In this document: positions 25,101 to 35,339 of the stretch, in pieces
How the letters are laid out: every line of letters begins with the position of its first letter
Position numbering within the stretch: the first letter of the stretch is position 1
NCBI RefSeq assembly: GCF_001194135.2
Contig: NC_068989.1
Location: 22,371,322-22,435,321 of the forward strand
Length of the DNA: 64,000 bases
Direction: 5' to 3'
Source of the DNA: Octopus bimaculoides
Taxonomy: Eukaryota
The notes under the pieces: generated by a model
Seen by the model: the letters and a program-made list of their open reading frames with translations, nothing else
Database searches by the model: none
What the model was told of the DNA's origin: nothing
Translations under genes and position numbers: made by a program

Positions 25101-25807
25101 TTTGATGACATGCACAGAAGAACATGAGTGTGAAGGAAATTCCAGAAGGCTGAAACTATAGGAAGGATTGGGTATAGAGGTTAGTATGGGGCCTAGGGTG
25201 GTGAAAGAAGAATGAGAGGGACTTTGGAGGGTTTGAGTGGAGGGACATATGTCACTAGCTGGATGTCTAGGCTGTGTCTGTGTGAAAGGCATATGTCACT
25301 AGCTGGGTATCTCGGGTGGGTCTGTAGAGGTGGGGGTATGTCACTAGTTGGGTCTGGGTGAAGCCTAGTATGTTACTAAATGGGTGTTTCAGTTGGGCTT
25401 GTGTTGTGAGGTGTATGTCACAAGCTGAAAATATTAAAGAGACCTGGGTAAAATAGTATAATACACTATGAGGGTATATCAGGTGCATCTGGGTGAAAGG
25501 AACAGTTTTGGAAGGGTTGGTATCAAAAGGTTAATATAATTTTCTCTTTTGTTCCAACTGTTTCATTTTTGAAGTTAGTTTTTGTTTTTAATACAATGCA
25601 ATTAAATAAAGTTATTTCTGTTGTAGTTATAATCGGAAACTGAAATAAATAAAAGCCATATTTACCGTGATGCCAAATTTGGAAAGAATATCCAATTCAA
25701 TGAACATGGACTGCAATAAAAGCAACATTTCAGCTTCATCCCACTGCCAATTATCAAATGAGGGTTCTTTGAGATAATCACTGACGCTTGAGCTAAACTG
25801 GGATTGT
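1173..25807 (-). CDS. PDE9A: PDE9-like cGMP phosphodiesterase, 5'-partial; join(complement 25807-25666, 22983-22888, 14729-14607, 13165-13011, 7890-7788, 4398-4294, 2064-1918, 1277-1173)
   Basis: Eight manually found exons, all AG/GT bounded with matching phases, give one ORF containing the class I PDE motifs HNFKH, HDLEH, ENHH, TDM, DISNE, PW, EFF.Q.D.E..EGLPV..FMDR and Q..F. ISNE and the FDNWQW..EM region match PDE9 as I recall it. Confidence 0.93.
1918..2064 (-). CDS. PDE9A: PDE9-like exon: [49 protein letters not shown]
   Basis: Acceptor TTTTATTTGACAG, donor ATG|GTATGT, 147 nt. Carries the invariant Gln and clamp Phe. Confidence 0.95.
2693..3313 (+). mobile_element. 5'-truncated, 5'-inverted RTE-X LINE relic with decayed TSD
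   Basis: Minus 2878-2711 gives [47 protein letters not shown]. Plus 2879-3290 continues [45 protein letters not shown], then a decayed GAT tail. Confidence 0.8.
3876..4065. repeat. Degenerate ~22-bp minisatellite (GAGCTAAT/ACAAGG..TTCT.TGT), about 8 units
   Basis: CTAA(T/C)(G/A)AG motif recurs at regular spacing. Confidence 0.65.
4294..4398 (-). CDS. PDE9A: PDE9-like exon: [35 protein letters not shown]
   Basis: Acceptor ATTTTTTAG, donor CAG|GTCTGT, 105 nt. Carries the metal-ligand Asp and the PDE9-type ISNE. Confidence 0.95.
5415..5810. mobile_element. Inverted pair of a tRNA-headed element with a Penelope-like, hammerhead-type 3' tail
   Basis: Minus copy has A-box TGGCATAGTGG (5704-5694), B-box-like AGTTCGATTT (5660-5651), (TAA)n, then CTGATGA..GAAA. 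A 5'-truncated plus copy (5710-5810) is the reverse complement of 5451-5540. Confidence 0.75.
5875..7140. repeat. Long inverted repeat, arms ~5875-6145 and ~6872-7140
   Basis: CCATTCATCTTCACAGTCATGTTTGCCTTGGATGAACAGAGACAATGTAGAGTAGAGAATAG and its flanks recur as the reverse complement; about 85-90% identity over ~220 bp. Confidence 0.9.
6291..6673 (-). mobile_element. tRNA-derived SINE, family B, (CAA)n tail
   Basis: Head TGGCCCAGTGGTTAGGGCAGCGGACTCGCGG..GTTTCGATTCC; ends GGAGTGCCAACAACA; about 93% identical to 11045-11431. Confidence 0.88.
7788..7890 (-). CDS. PDE9A: PDE9-like exon: (R)[34 protein letters not shown]
   Basis: Acceptor CTTTTTAG, donor CAG|GTAAGT, 103 nt. Phase 2 entry matches the previous exon; carries ILxTDMxxH. 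Confidence 0.95.
8395..9600 (-). mobile_element. Head-to-tail array of about 6 tRNA-derived SINEs (family C, Meta-like central domain) separated by (TAA)n
   Basis: Repeated unit GAGCTGGCAGAATCGTTAGCA..CTGAGTTCAAATTCC..GACTTTGCCTTTCATCC..GGGGTCAAT..GTGCC. The central part resembles the MetaSINE domain as I recall it. Confidence 0.85.
10068..10305. repeat. Purine-rich GAG/GAA compound repeat with internal block duplication
   Basis: GAGGAGGAAGTGGAGGTGGAA occurs 3 times and GAAGATGAAGAGGG 5 times; source of spurious poly-E/P/S ORFs. Confidence 0.9.
11045..11431 (-). mobile_element. tRNA-derived SINE, family B, second copy
   Basis: Same head, body and (CAA)n tail as 6291-6673. Confidence 0.88.
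13011..13165 (-). CDS. PDE9A: PDE9-like exon: [51 protein letters not shown](R)
   Basis: Acceptor CCACTTCAG, donor AG|GTAAGA, 155 nt. Carries YND.SPLENHH. Confidence 0.96.
14607..14729 (-). CDS. PDE9A: PDE9-like exon: [41 protein letters not shown]
   Basis: Acceptor TTCTTTTTCAG, donor CAT|GTAAGT, 123 nt. Carries the HDxxH metal-binding signature. Confidence 0.95.
17320..18169 (-). mobile_element. Internally deleted mariner (DD34D) element, 850 bp
   Basis: TIRs CGAGATGTAGTCAAAAAGTATCTGACCTT and AAGGTCAGACACTTTTTGACTACACCTCA with TA on both sides. Translates [18 protein letters not shown]|[40 protein letters not shown]. Confidence 0.93.
18550..19125. repeat. Degenerate AT-rich tandem repeat, ~100-110 bp unit
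   Basis: TTTACAAATAGAATGT..ATACATTATC..AATTATGGTTAAC.AAGGTAG recurs near 18555, 18770, 18880 and 19015. Confidence 0.6.
19265..19618 (-). mobile_element. Composite tRNA-derived SINE, family D (internal microsatellite, CCAGCATGGC..GAAACAAG tail)
   Basis: Head GGCTGTGTGGTAAGA..GGTTTCAGTCCCACTGC. Other copies at ~27175-27565 (+), 29928-30385 (+), 33490-33660 (-), 44680-44990 (+), 52395-52852 (-), 54620-54910 (-), 62335-62510 (-), 63560-63710 (-). Confidence 0.85.
19720..20000 (-). mobile_element. Penelope-like element GIY-YIG endonuclease relic
   Basis: ORF 19637-20083 contains [67 protein letters not shown], the PLE IY..YIG..F..R..NHK pattern in decayed form. Confidence 0.7.
20212..20553 (+). 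mobile_element. tRNA-derived SINE, family A (CORE/V-like centre)
   Basis: A-box TGGCTCAATGG, B-box GAGTTTGATTCC, then GTGTTCTTGAGCAAGACACTT..CAGCTGTAGAAATGAG; closely matches 46253-46584. Confidence 0.85.
20830..22000 (-). mobile_element. Heavily decayed CR1/L2-like LINE reverse transcriptase relic
   Basis: Fragmentary LLDDTLK (YADD region) and [18 protein letters not shown] (LYK..VRP.LEYC type); many stops. Confidence 0.45.
22888..22983 (-). CDS. PDE9A: PDE9-like exon: [32 protein letters not shown]
   Basis: Acceptor CTTACTTCCAG, donor ATG|GTAAGT, 96 nt. Carries the catalytic HNxxH motif. Confidence 0.95.
25243..25440. repeat. ~40-45 bp minisatellite with core (G/C)ATATGTCACTAGCTGG, about 5 units
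   Basis: TATGTCACTAG recurs at regular spacing. Confidence 0.7.
25666..25807 (-). CDS. PDE9A: PDE9-like exon: (x)[47 protein letters not shown]
   Basis: Acceptor CTATTTCAG, donor ACG|GTAAAT, 142 nt, entry phase 2. Resembles PDE9A LRKPTFDVWLWEPNEML. Confidence 0.92.
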
Positions 25808-28800
25808 CTGAAATAGAGATGTATGTTGGTTACATCCTTTTATAAACTTTGATAAAATATACAAAGAATACATTGCAAGCCATGAAGTGTTATTCACTGT
25901 AGCTGAAGTTAAATGAACAGCACACTTGAAGACTTCTTCAGATCCTAGTAATAATTTTTTCTGTTAAAGGTACAAGGCCTGAAATTTTGGGAGACAAGGC
26001 AAGTTGATTATATCAACCCCAGTGCTCAACTAGTATTTTAATTTATTGACGCCAAAAGGATGAACGGCAAAGTCAACCTCTGCAGAATTTGAACTTGGAA
26101 CATAATATAAAGTCAAAAGACACACTAAGCATTTTGCCTGGCATATTAATGATTTCTGCCTGCTCACCACCTTTCAGAATCTAACAACAATAATAACTAA
26201 TAACATAATTTTAGTCAGGAGAGAAAGCAGTGTTTATCACTCTCAAAGCAGAGACTTGATTTGAATGCTTGCTATAGAGTGGACTATGCTAAAAGCATTC
26301 AAAGTGCCAGGTAATGATATTAAACCAGGGGATGGATTGTCTAAGCCATGGCAGGATTTGAACTCAGAATGCAAAGAGCTGGATCAAATACTACAAGGCA
26401 TTCAGTCCAATGTTGTTACAGCTCCAGCAACCATCATCCTGGATTGGTACTTTATCACTCCCCACCACTCATCAAAAAAAGTCAAGTTAGTCTTCAGCAG
26501 GATTTGAATTCAGAGCGCTGTCACAACAAATACTTGCAACAGAATCCGTCTGACACTTTAACAACTCTGCCAGTTCAAAATTTAATTATTTTCAGGTTGT
26601 TTTTTTAATCAGTTTCCGCTTTTTTTTGTTTTGTTTTTTTTCTCAATTAGAATTTTTCTCCTTTTGGAATTTTATCAAAACGCAAAGCATTTAAAAAAAT
26701 GCACCTGAAAATTTGACAAGAAAAAAAAAAAACACTGCAAAATATAAATTTTAAAAAAATTTTTCTTTTTCTTTTCTATTTCTTTGTTTCGTTTTTAATT
26801 AACTTCAATTTTGATCAAATTTTAGTTTTTAATTTTAGATTTTCCCATTTTCTTCTTGATTTTGATTTAGGAAATGAACACCAAAATGAAAAATGACTGG
26901 GAAAAAAGATGTCATTTCTGAATACAAGAGTAATTGTGAAGAACAAATATCAATGCTAGATTATAGTAAAAAAAAAGTTTTCTCAGTTAACATCTTACTA
27001 TCTTTAAAAATGAAGTCCACACATTTGATAATATAATCCCTCATACACAATGATTTAAAAAATTGTGGGGGGGACAAGATGCCTAGTCATAGTTCAACTT
27101 GACCAATGGCTAAACAACAATAACATTAGTACAATACCATGCTATAAGCAATAAACATATAGCTAATAATGAACAGTGCAAATGTCGTAGCATGGCCAAG
27201 AAGCTTACTACCCAATTATGTGATCTTAGGTTCAGTCCCACTGTGCGGCACCTTGGGCAAGCAACTTTCCCATTATAGCTCCAGACTTTGTAAGTTGATT
27301 TGGTAGGCAGAAACTGAAAGATGCCCATTAGGCACACATGTGTGTGTATCTCTGTGTTGTCTTTGTTCCCCACCACCACTTGCAACTGGTGTTGGTTTGC
27401 TTACATCTCCTAAACTTAGCAGTTCAGCCAAAGAGGCTGAAAGAATAAGTACCAGGCTTTAAAAAAAATTAGTACTGGAGACAATTTGTTCAATTAAAAT
27501 CCTTGAAAATGGTGCCCCAGTATGACTGCTGTACAATGAGTGAAATAATTTAAAGATAAAAGATAAACAAAATAAGACACAATAAAAGAAATAATGCATT
27601 GTATCATATTAAATTTCCTAAATTATCTGCCTTCCTGAATATCTAAGTTAGAACTGGGTTTCTAACCTTGTTCAGACAACCTATACAGTCATTAATCTAT
27701 TTATTAAATGTTTTCAGTTCAGTTTTAAAGCTTCTCAATTTATATAATCTATACTTTCATAAATCATCTGTATTTGTGTCGAGTAATGAATTTAAGATAG
27801 CTGACAGGCAGAAGCCACTGCAGGAAGCCTCTCTAAATTGGTTGGAACCAGATACTGCTGATGATTATTTATAAAGATCTGAAGTAATAAATTTTAAACT
27901 ACCATCAGTTGATATTCAGATAAATAAATGCTAAATAATGCTACAGAATTTTCTTTTCAAATGGCGTATTTAATGTGTAGGTGGAAAATGCTTAAATTAT
28001 GCTGTAATCATTCAGAGATAAAGAACAAATTATTAAAACCTAAGGTTTCATGTATAAAACACAAATTGACATTTGTGTTAGGAGAGATTCAAGTGGTTTC
28101 TCTAGATGTTTCTTTCAATTACATCTCATCATTGAATATTCCCATAATAATCATAACAGATTAGCCTACAACTTTGCAATAGAAATATATCGAAAGAATT
28201 GTTTGCCATGGGTCACTATTTATGAGTTACTATTAAAAGCTGAAGCTGTGTGGACTAGTGGTTAAGGTGTTTGACTCAATGATCTGAGTTTGATTCCTGG
28301 ACAGAGTAGCCTATTCTGTCCTTGAGCAGGACTCTTCATTTCATGTTGCTCGAATCTAATTATCTGTAATGAGTACTGCTTAAGTGTTGGTGCAGCCCTC
28401 TCTCCCTCAACCTTTCATATCCTGGACATTTCACTGAGTCAAGGATGAGGGAGCCAAGAAGGTGTCTATGTCTACTTGTTCTCCCAAAGTACAGCCAACT
28501 GTCACTCACATCACAAAACCTTTATTAACATCGACACAAGATTTAAAATTTGGAGAATGAGTCATAGCTATTTAAATTGACCCCGGCACTTAATTAATAC
28601 TTTATTTTACTGACCCTGGAAGGATAGAAAACAAAGGTGACCTTAGCAGTATTGGAACACAGAATGTAAAGAGCAGTAACCAAACCTCACAGCTGTTTGT
28701 TGGATGCTCTAACATTTCTGCCAATCCAATTCTGGCGTACACATTAGCATTACGAGCACTACACAACACCCTTCAGTATTTCACCTCACTCAAGTCTAAG

Positions 28801-29531
28801 AGTAAACCTAAAATGGTTTGGCTTTGTATCTACCAACTGAAATGGAATAGTTTAGAAACTTAAATTTTCAAATATTCCATTGAGAGAATATTTGGGTCTA
28901 AGGTAATATTGTGGTGGGGTAGAGGCATAGTTTTAGAATGTTAAAGGGTAAAAATGAATGAAAGTCAGCCGTAAACACGCTAGCATTACAGAAACATGGC
29001 CCAACCATTGTCTAAGAGGCTGCTTACTACAAAAGTGTATGCAAACAGTTTTCAATGACACAAACCTCAAGAGGAAACTTAAGGAGATACTTAATGGGTG
29101 TGATATTTAATATGAAATTACATAATGATAATTTGATTTTAAAATTTATTGGCGCCAGTATAACTATGTAGTTAAGAAATTTGCTTTACAACAACATGGT
29201 TTTGAGTTCAATTTCACTTTACTTCACCTTTGGCAAAGTGTCATCTACTGTTGCCTTGGGATGACTAATAACTTGTGAGTTAAATTAGGTAGAAGGAAAC
29301 TGCTGCATGATGTGTGTATGTGTGTGTGTGTGTATTCAAATATGAGTATGTATTTCAATTCTCTTATATAATGTCACTCCTGAATGGCATCTGATGTGAG
29401 ATATCTCACTTATTTGACTTCCAGGTGTTTTAACACCAGGTGTATGAAGAAACTATATTCTGTTATGCCTATAAGTGCAGCCTACCCACGAACTTGTAAA
29501 ACACATACCTTGAGTATGTGTGTGTTCAATA

Positions 29532-29621
<90 letters not shown>

Positions 29622-30090
29622 TCATCATCATCATAGTTTAACGTCCGTTTTCCATGCTGGCATGGGTTGGACGGTTTGACTGGGGACTGGCAAGCCAAGT
29701 GGCCACACCAGGCTCCAATCTGATCCGGCAATATTTCTACAGCTCGATGCCCTTCCAAATGCCAACTACTCCGAGATTGTAGTGGGTGCTTTTTACGTGC
29801 CACCGGCACAGGAACCAGTCAGGTGGCACTGGCATCGACATATATATATGTATAAATATATGTTTGCATATATGTATATATGTGTGAGTGTATGTATATA
29901 CATGTATGTATACATATGTGTCTATATAGGCACAGTCATGGCTGTGTGTTTAGAAGCTTGCTTCCCAACCACATGGTTCCTGGTTCAGTCCCACTGCATG
30001 TCACCTTGAGCAAGTATCTTCTACTATACCCTCACACTGACCAATGATTTGTGAGTGGGTTTGGTAGATGGAAACTGAAAGAAGCGTGTC

Positions 30091-30167
<77 letters not shown>

Positions 30168-31744
30168 TGTGTCTGTCTGTGTTTGTTCCCCCACACATCA
30201 CACTTGACAACTGGTGTTACTATATTTATGTTCCCATAACTTAGCGGTTTGACAAAAGAGACCGATAGAATAAGTATTAGACTCAAGAAATAAGTTCTGA
30301 GGTCAATTTGTTCAACTAAAATCTTTCAAGGCAGTGCTCCAGCATGGCCACAGTTAAATGACTAAAACAAATTAAAGAATAAAAGACCATATGTATGCAT
30401 GTATAAATATGTGCATGTATTATGTGTCTCTGACCATGTTTCTTGATGTAAATGAAAGAATACAAAAAAAAAACAAAAAAAAAAACAAATTGGTGGTTGT
30501 GACTTATGTTGCATCCAAAAAGGATGACTTTGTGCGTTGACACAATATGTACCAAAGTGCAATAGATACTGGAACCAATATGATCAACTAAAACACTTGA
30601 AAGTAATACTCCAGTATTTGCTGTCCAGTGTCTGGAACCAGTAAAAGAAATGAAAATAACAGATTATAAAAAAAAGCAACAGAAAATTGTTTATGCTATG
30701 ATTCAGCATAGCATAATTTTTACATAATTTACATAATTTTTTTACATAATTTTTAGCATATATTTTACACTTAATTTGAAAATTTCAAAAAGTGAAGCCA
30801 AACAGAAAAGATCTGTGCCATCTAAGAAGCACTGGTGTTAGTGCCACATAAAAAGCATTGGTGCTGGTGCCACATAAGAAACACACAGTACACACTGTAA
30901 AGTGGTTGGCGTTAGGAAGGGCATCTAGCTGTAAAAACCAAACCAAAGTAGACTATGGAACCTGGTGTGGATCCTAACCTTTCCAGCTTCTGTCAAACTG
31001 TCCAACCTATACCAGCATGGGAAATGGACATTAAATGATGATAAAGAAGTTACATAGATTGTGACCTTTAGTAAAATTGAAATTTGCACTCATATTCTTG
31101 AATTAAATGCATTACAACTGGATACACCTTCATAAAGATTTCTATGTATGAGATGGGTGTAGTCAGGTGAATCACTCACAGAGGTTATTGAACTCAAGAA
31201 CATAGAGAGATGAAGCTAAAGTAATGCAAGTCTGACGCCTTGCTATTTTTACCATTGCACAATTGTTTAGGATGGAGATGGCATGACCATAAGAGAGAAA
31301 GAGAGAGAGAGAGGTGGAACACACACATCACTATTACCACTCCCTGAAACTACACCAGCATACCTCTTGCCAATCCTCACACCACACCACACCAACACAC
31401 CTCTTACCAACCCTCACACCGCACCTCGCTATTCCCTCACTATGATAGGTAATTTATCAGCATGGACATATCACTGAAGACTGCGTCTTTGGATTTGCAT
31501 GTGACATGTTGCTGGCAAATAAATTCGGGTTAATTCCATCTTAATCTTGCTTAAAGACACCTGGTGTTCCTGGAGTTAATAATAGAGTCTTTATTGAGAC
31601 AGAAATACAAAGAGACTGCAAGTGAGAGACGTCAACAACTGCAGCCAATCCACTCTCCCACCACCACCACCACCTGTTGCTTCTTAGCAAATTGATTCCT
31701 TGGATTACAGCTAACAAACACGGTTTTATGCTTATTAGTGCCAC

Positions 31745-32640
31745 AGGGAGCAGCGATGGTGATGGTGGAGATGGTTTTGTTGGTGATGTTACAGGCAGTG
31801 GTGGCAATGATAGTGGTGATGATAGCAGTGGTTTTGGAGGCGATGGTGATGTTGGCAGCAGTAGTGGTGATGGTAGTGTTGATGGCAGTAATGGCGGCGG
31901 TGAAGGTGGCAAAAGTAGTGGTGGTGGTGATGATGGTGGTGGAGATGATGGTGTTGGTGACAGTAGTAGTGGTGGTGATGATGGTGGTGGAGATGATGGT
32001 GTTGATGACAGTGGTAGTGGTGGAGATGGTGGTGGAGGTGATGGTGTTGGTGACAGTGGTAGTGGTGGTGATGATGTTGTTGGTGACAGTGGTAGTGGTG
32101 GTGGTGATGGTGTTGGTGACAGTGGTAGTGGAAGGTGGCGATGGCGGTGTTTACTGTGGTGATGGTTTTGTTGGTGATGTTAGACGCAGTAACAGCAGTG
32201 GTTTTAGTGGTGTTGGTGATGGTAATAGTTGTGGTGTTGGTGATGGCAGTAGTTACGGTGGTGGTGATGGCAGTAGTTGCGGTGGTGGTGATGGCAGTAG
32301 TTGCGGTGGTGGTGGTGGGTGATGGCAATGGTGACAGCTGTAGTGGTTCTGGTGGTAGTGGTAGGAGTAGCTGTAGTAAATAACAATGATATCAGCAATG
32401 CTAATACTGGAGGAGATAGTAGTAGTGGTAGTGATTGTTGTAGTGGTGGTAGTAATAGTAGTAGTGGTGGTGGTGGTGGTCATGGCAGTGATGGTAGAAG
32501 TGGTTAGTGGTGATGCTGCTGTAGGTGACAAATGTGATAGTGGTGATGGTACTGATACTGCAGTGATGCAACTACTGGCGGTTGTGGGTATGGTGGTGGT
32601 GGTGGTGGTGATGGAAGTGGTGCACACAAGTTTCAATGAC
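31745..32640. repeat. GGT/GAT/AGT compound trinucleotide region with higher-order units
   Basis: GGAGATGATGGTGTTGGTGACAGT blocks and GGTGGTGATGGCAGTAGTT x3; source of G-, V-, H- and T-rich pseudo-ORFs. Confidence 0.9.
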
Positions 32641-33458
32641 ACTGAATAATAACTCAAGAGGAAACTTTAAACAGACACTTAATGGATGTGATATTTACTA
32701 TGAAATAACATAATGATAAAGCGGTGAGCTGGCAATATTGTTAGTATTCTGGGCAAAACGCCAAGCGGCATTTCATCTGTCTTTACATTCTAAGTCCACT
32801 TTGCTTTTCAGCTTTTCTGGTTATAATATCATTTTCAGTAATCTTAAATCTTATCTTTAAACAACATAACAATGTTGTTTATATACAATCATCCATAGTA
32901 CCCCATGATAATTTCCTCTGTATTAACATCTAAGGTTTTATTAGTGCCTTGCCCCTTTAACTGGTAATTAACATCTTGATTTGAAGTCTTCCCCTACCCA
33001 ACCTCCTTTATAGACAATTACTTATACAAACCCTAAAATCCTGACAATATTTAAGACCATACCCAACTATTAACTGTCAACTCACTCCTGCCCTTCATTC
33101 TAAACAGACACTGCCCTCTAGCCTTAGATTTGGTAGTTGATAAAAAAAGACTAATAAATTAAAAATGAACCACAATCCTTTATAAGCTATGACCTTAACA
33201 AACTTCATACAGTTCTTAGAAGTGTAGTAAATTTTTAGTCACATTAGTAGCAACATGGACTCTTTTCCTCTTCTTGCTCTATTAGAGAATTGGAGTAAAA
33301 TTATATTAATGTGTCCAACTGATTAAAAATTCTTTTTATTTATGCAGCTGAAGATAGCCCTGCATTTAAATTGATGTAATGATTGCATTGTTCAATTAAA
33401 TGGACCCGCTTGAAACGGTCATACTGCATCACCTCTTGATATCCTGTCGTTTATTTTG

Positions 33459-33497
<39 letters not shown>

Positions 33498-33794
33498 GGC
33501 GTCTTTCAGTTTCTGTCTACCAAATCCACTTACAAGACTTTTGTTGGCCCAGACCTAAAGCAAAAAAAAAACACTTGCCAAAGGTGCCACACAGTCAGAC
33601 TAAACCTGGAGCCATGTGGTTAGAAAACAAACTTTTCATTACATAACCACACCAACACACACCTGTTATATATAAGTGGTGGTATGCTGAGCGATTAGGA
33701 AGCTTGCTTCCAAACCATGTGGTCTTGAGTTCATTTCCACTGTAAGGCATCTTGTGCAAGTTTCTTCTATAGCCTTGGACCAACCAAAGCCTTG

Positions 33795-34390
33795 ATATTT
33801 CATCTTTCAAACATTCATTTGCCATTAACACTTTAAATGTATTGTTTACTATTTAAATGTACTGTTTACTAACAGCTAATTTTTCTCGGAAACTAACTGA
33901 TTAAATTAGGATAATTATTTCTAATTCCTCATTTCTCTAGTTTAATTTCTCATCCGCCATAAACACTATCAATGTATTCTATACTAAACACTCCTGCTAC
34001 TTTCGTTCCTCGTACCATTTCCCCTAAACTAGCTTCCGGTTGCATCTATCTGTTTAAAAATCCTTGTCCCATGTGCTCCCTACCATTCAATTCTCTCATG
34101 TATTCTTGCCCAGTTGCCAAAGGATGATTATGCATTGCTAAGCTAAGACTCGCTTTTTTTCGATCTTTCATCTATTCATTCGCCATTAACACTTTAAATG
34201 TACTGTTTACTAACAGCTAATTTTTCTCAGAAGCTAACTGATTAAATTAAGATAATTATTTCTAATTCCTCGTTTCTCTAGTTTAATTTCTCATCCACCA
34301 TGAACACTATGAATGTATTCTATACTAAACACTCCTTTTACTTTCGTTCGTTCCTCGTACCATCTCCCCAAATTAAACTTGCCTGTTCCC
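33795..34390. repeat. Tandem duplication, ~370 bp period (33795-34040 vs 34160-34385)
   Basis: CGCCATTAACACTTTAAATGTACTGTTTACTAACAGCTAAT..CACTCC..TTCCTCGTACCAT is present twice, about 90% identical; an N-gap follows. Confidence 0.85.
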
Positions 34391-34715
34391 AGTGCACCCN
34401 NNNNNNNNNNNNNNNNNNNNNNNNNNNNNNNNNNNNNNNNNNNNNNNNNNNNNNNNNNNNNNNNNNNNNNNNNNNNNNNNNNNNNNNNNNNNNNNNNNNN
34501 NNNNNNNNNNNNNNNNNNNNNNNNNNNNNNNNNNNNNNNNCCCTGTCCCGCCCCCACCCCACCACCAATAATGGATATCTCGATCTTTATCCCGATCTTT
34601 ATCTATCTTCTCACCATCTACACCGGATATCTCTCTCTCCTCCCATCACTGTTACCTGATGTCTCTTCTCTCCACTGCTCCTCCTCACTGGGCTGTTCTC
34701 TATATATTACCTGCA

Positions 34716-34758
<43 letters not shown>

Positions 34759-35339
34759 GACATATGCAACTTACTCAGTTGCCCACCTACTTACCAGCTA
34801 TCTTTCCTTTCATTCTGTGTTGTGATCTCTCGCCACCATTACCAGATGTCCCTTCTCTCAATCCCCCTTCCTCACTGGTGCTGTTCTCTATACTACCCGA
34901 AAAACGCAACTAAGTCAGCTGCCTACCTACTTAACTGACTATCCTTCATTTCGTTTCATCCCATCTAGAAATATTCCAACAACTTCCCAGTAACTTTTTT
35001 CCATGCACATATCAAGTGAAGGGCTGTATGTATGTGCTTGTTGGCCTGTGTTCGTGTGCGTGCGTGTATGTATGGATGAACTTGCTTCCTCTATCTCTGT
35101 ATGAAATCATCTCCGCTCTTATGATGACCATAATGCTTATACTCACAATGCCACTGACACGTAATCTTACCTCCAGTAGGGGCTACAGTCTTAATCCTAA
35201 CACGCTTGAATGTTTGAATGATGTCAGGTCGGAAGTGAGAACAGATGAAGCATGCCTAAAAAATGAATACGACAACCTCCCTCTTCTTTTCAAGCACTGA
35301 ATAACATCTCTCCTCCTCAGCCCACATTCCTTTCCCAGT

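Noticed and set aside
31460-31575. Minus-strand frame EHQVSLSKIKMELTRIYLP..QRRSL as a possible upstream PDE exon; also a 39-nt candidate near 42380-42418
   Set aside because: Poor donor or no convincing homology to the PDE9 N-terminus.
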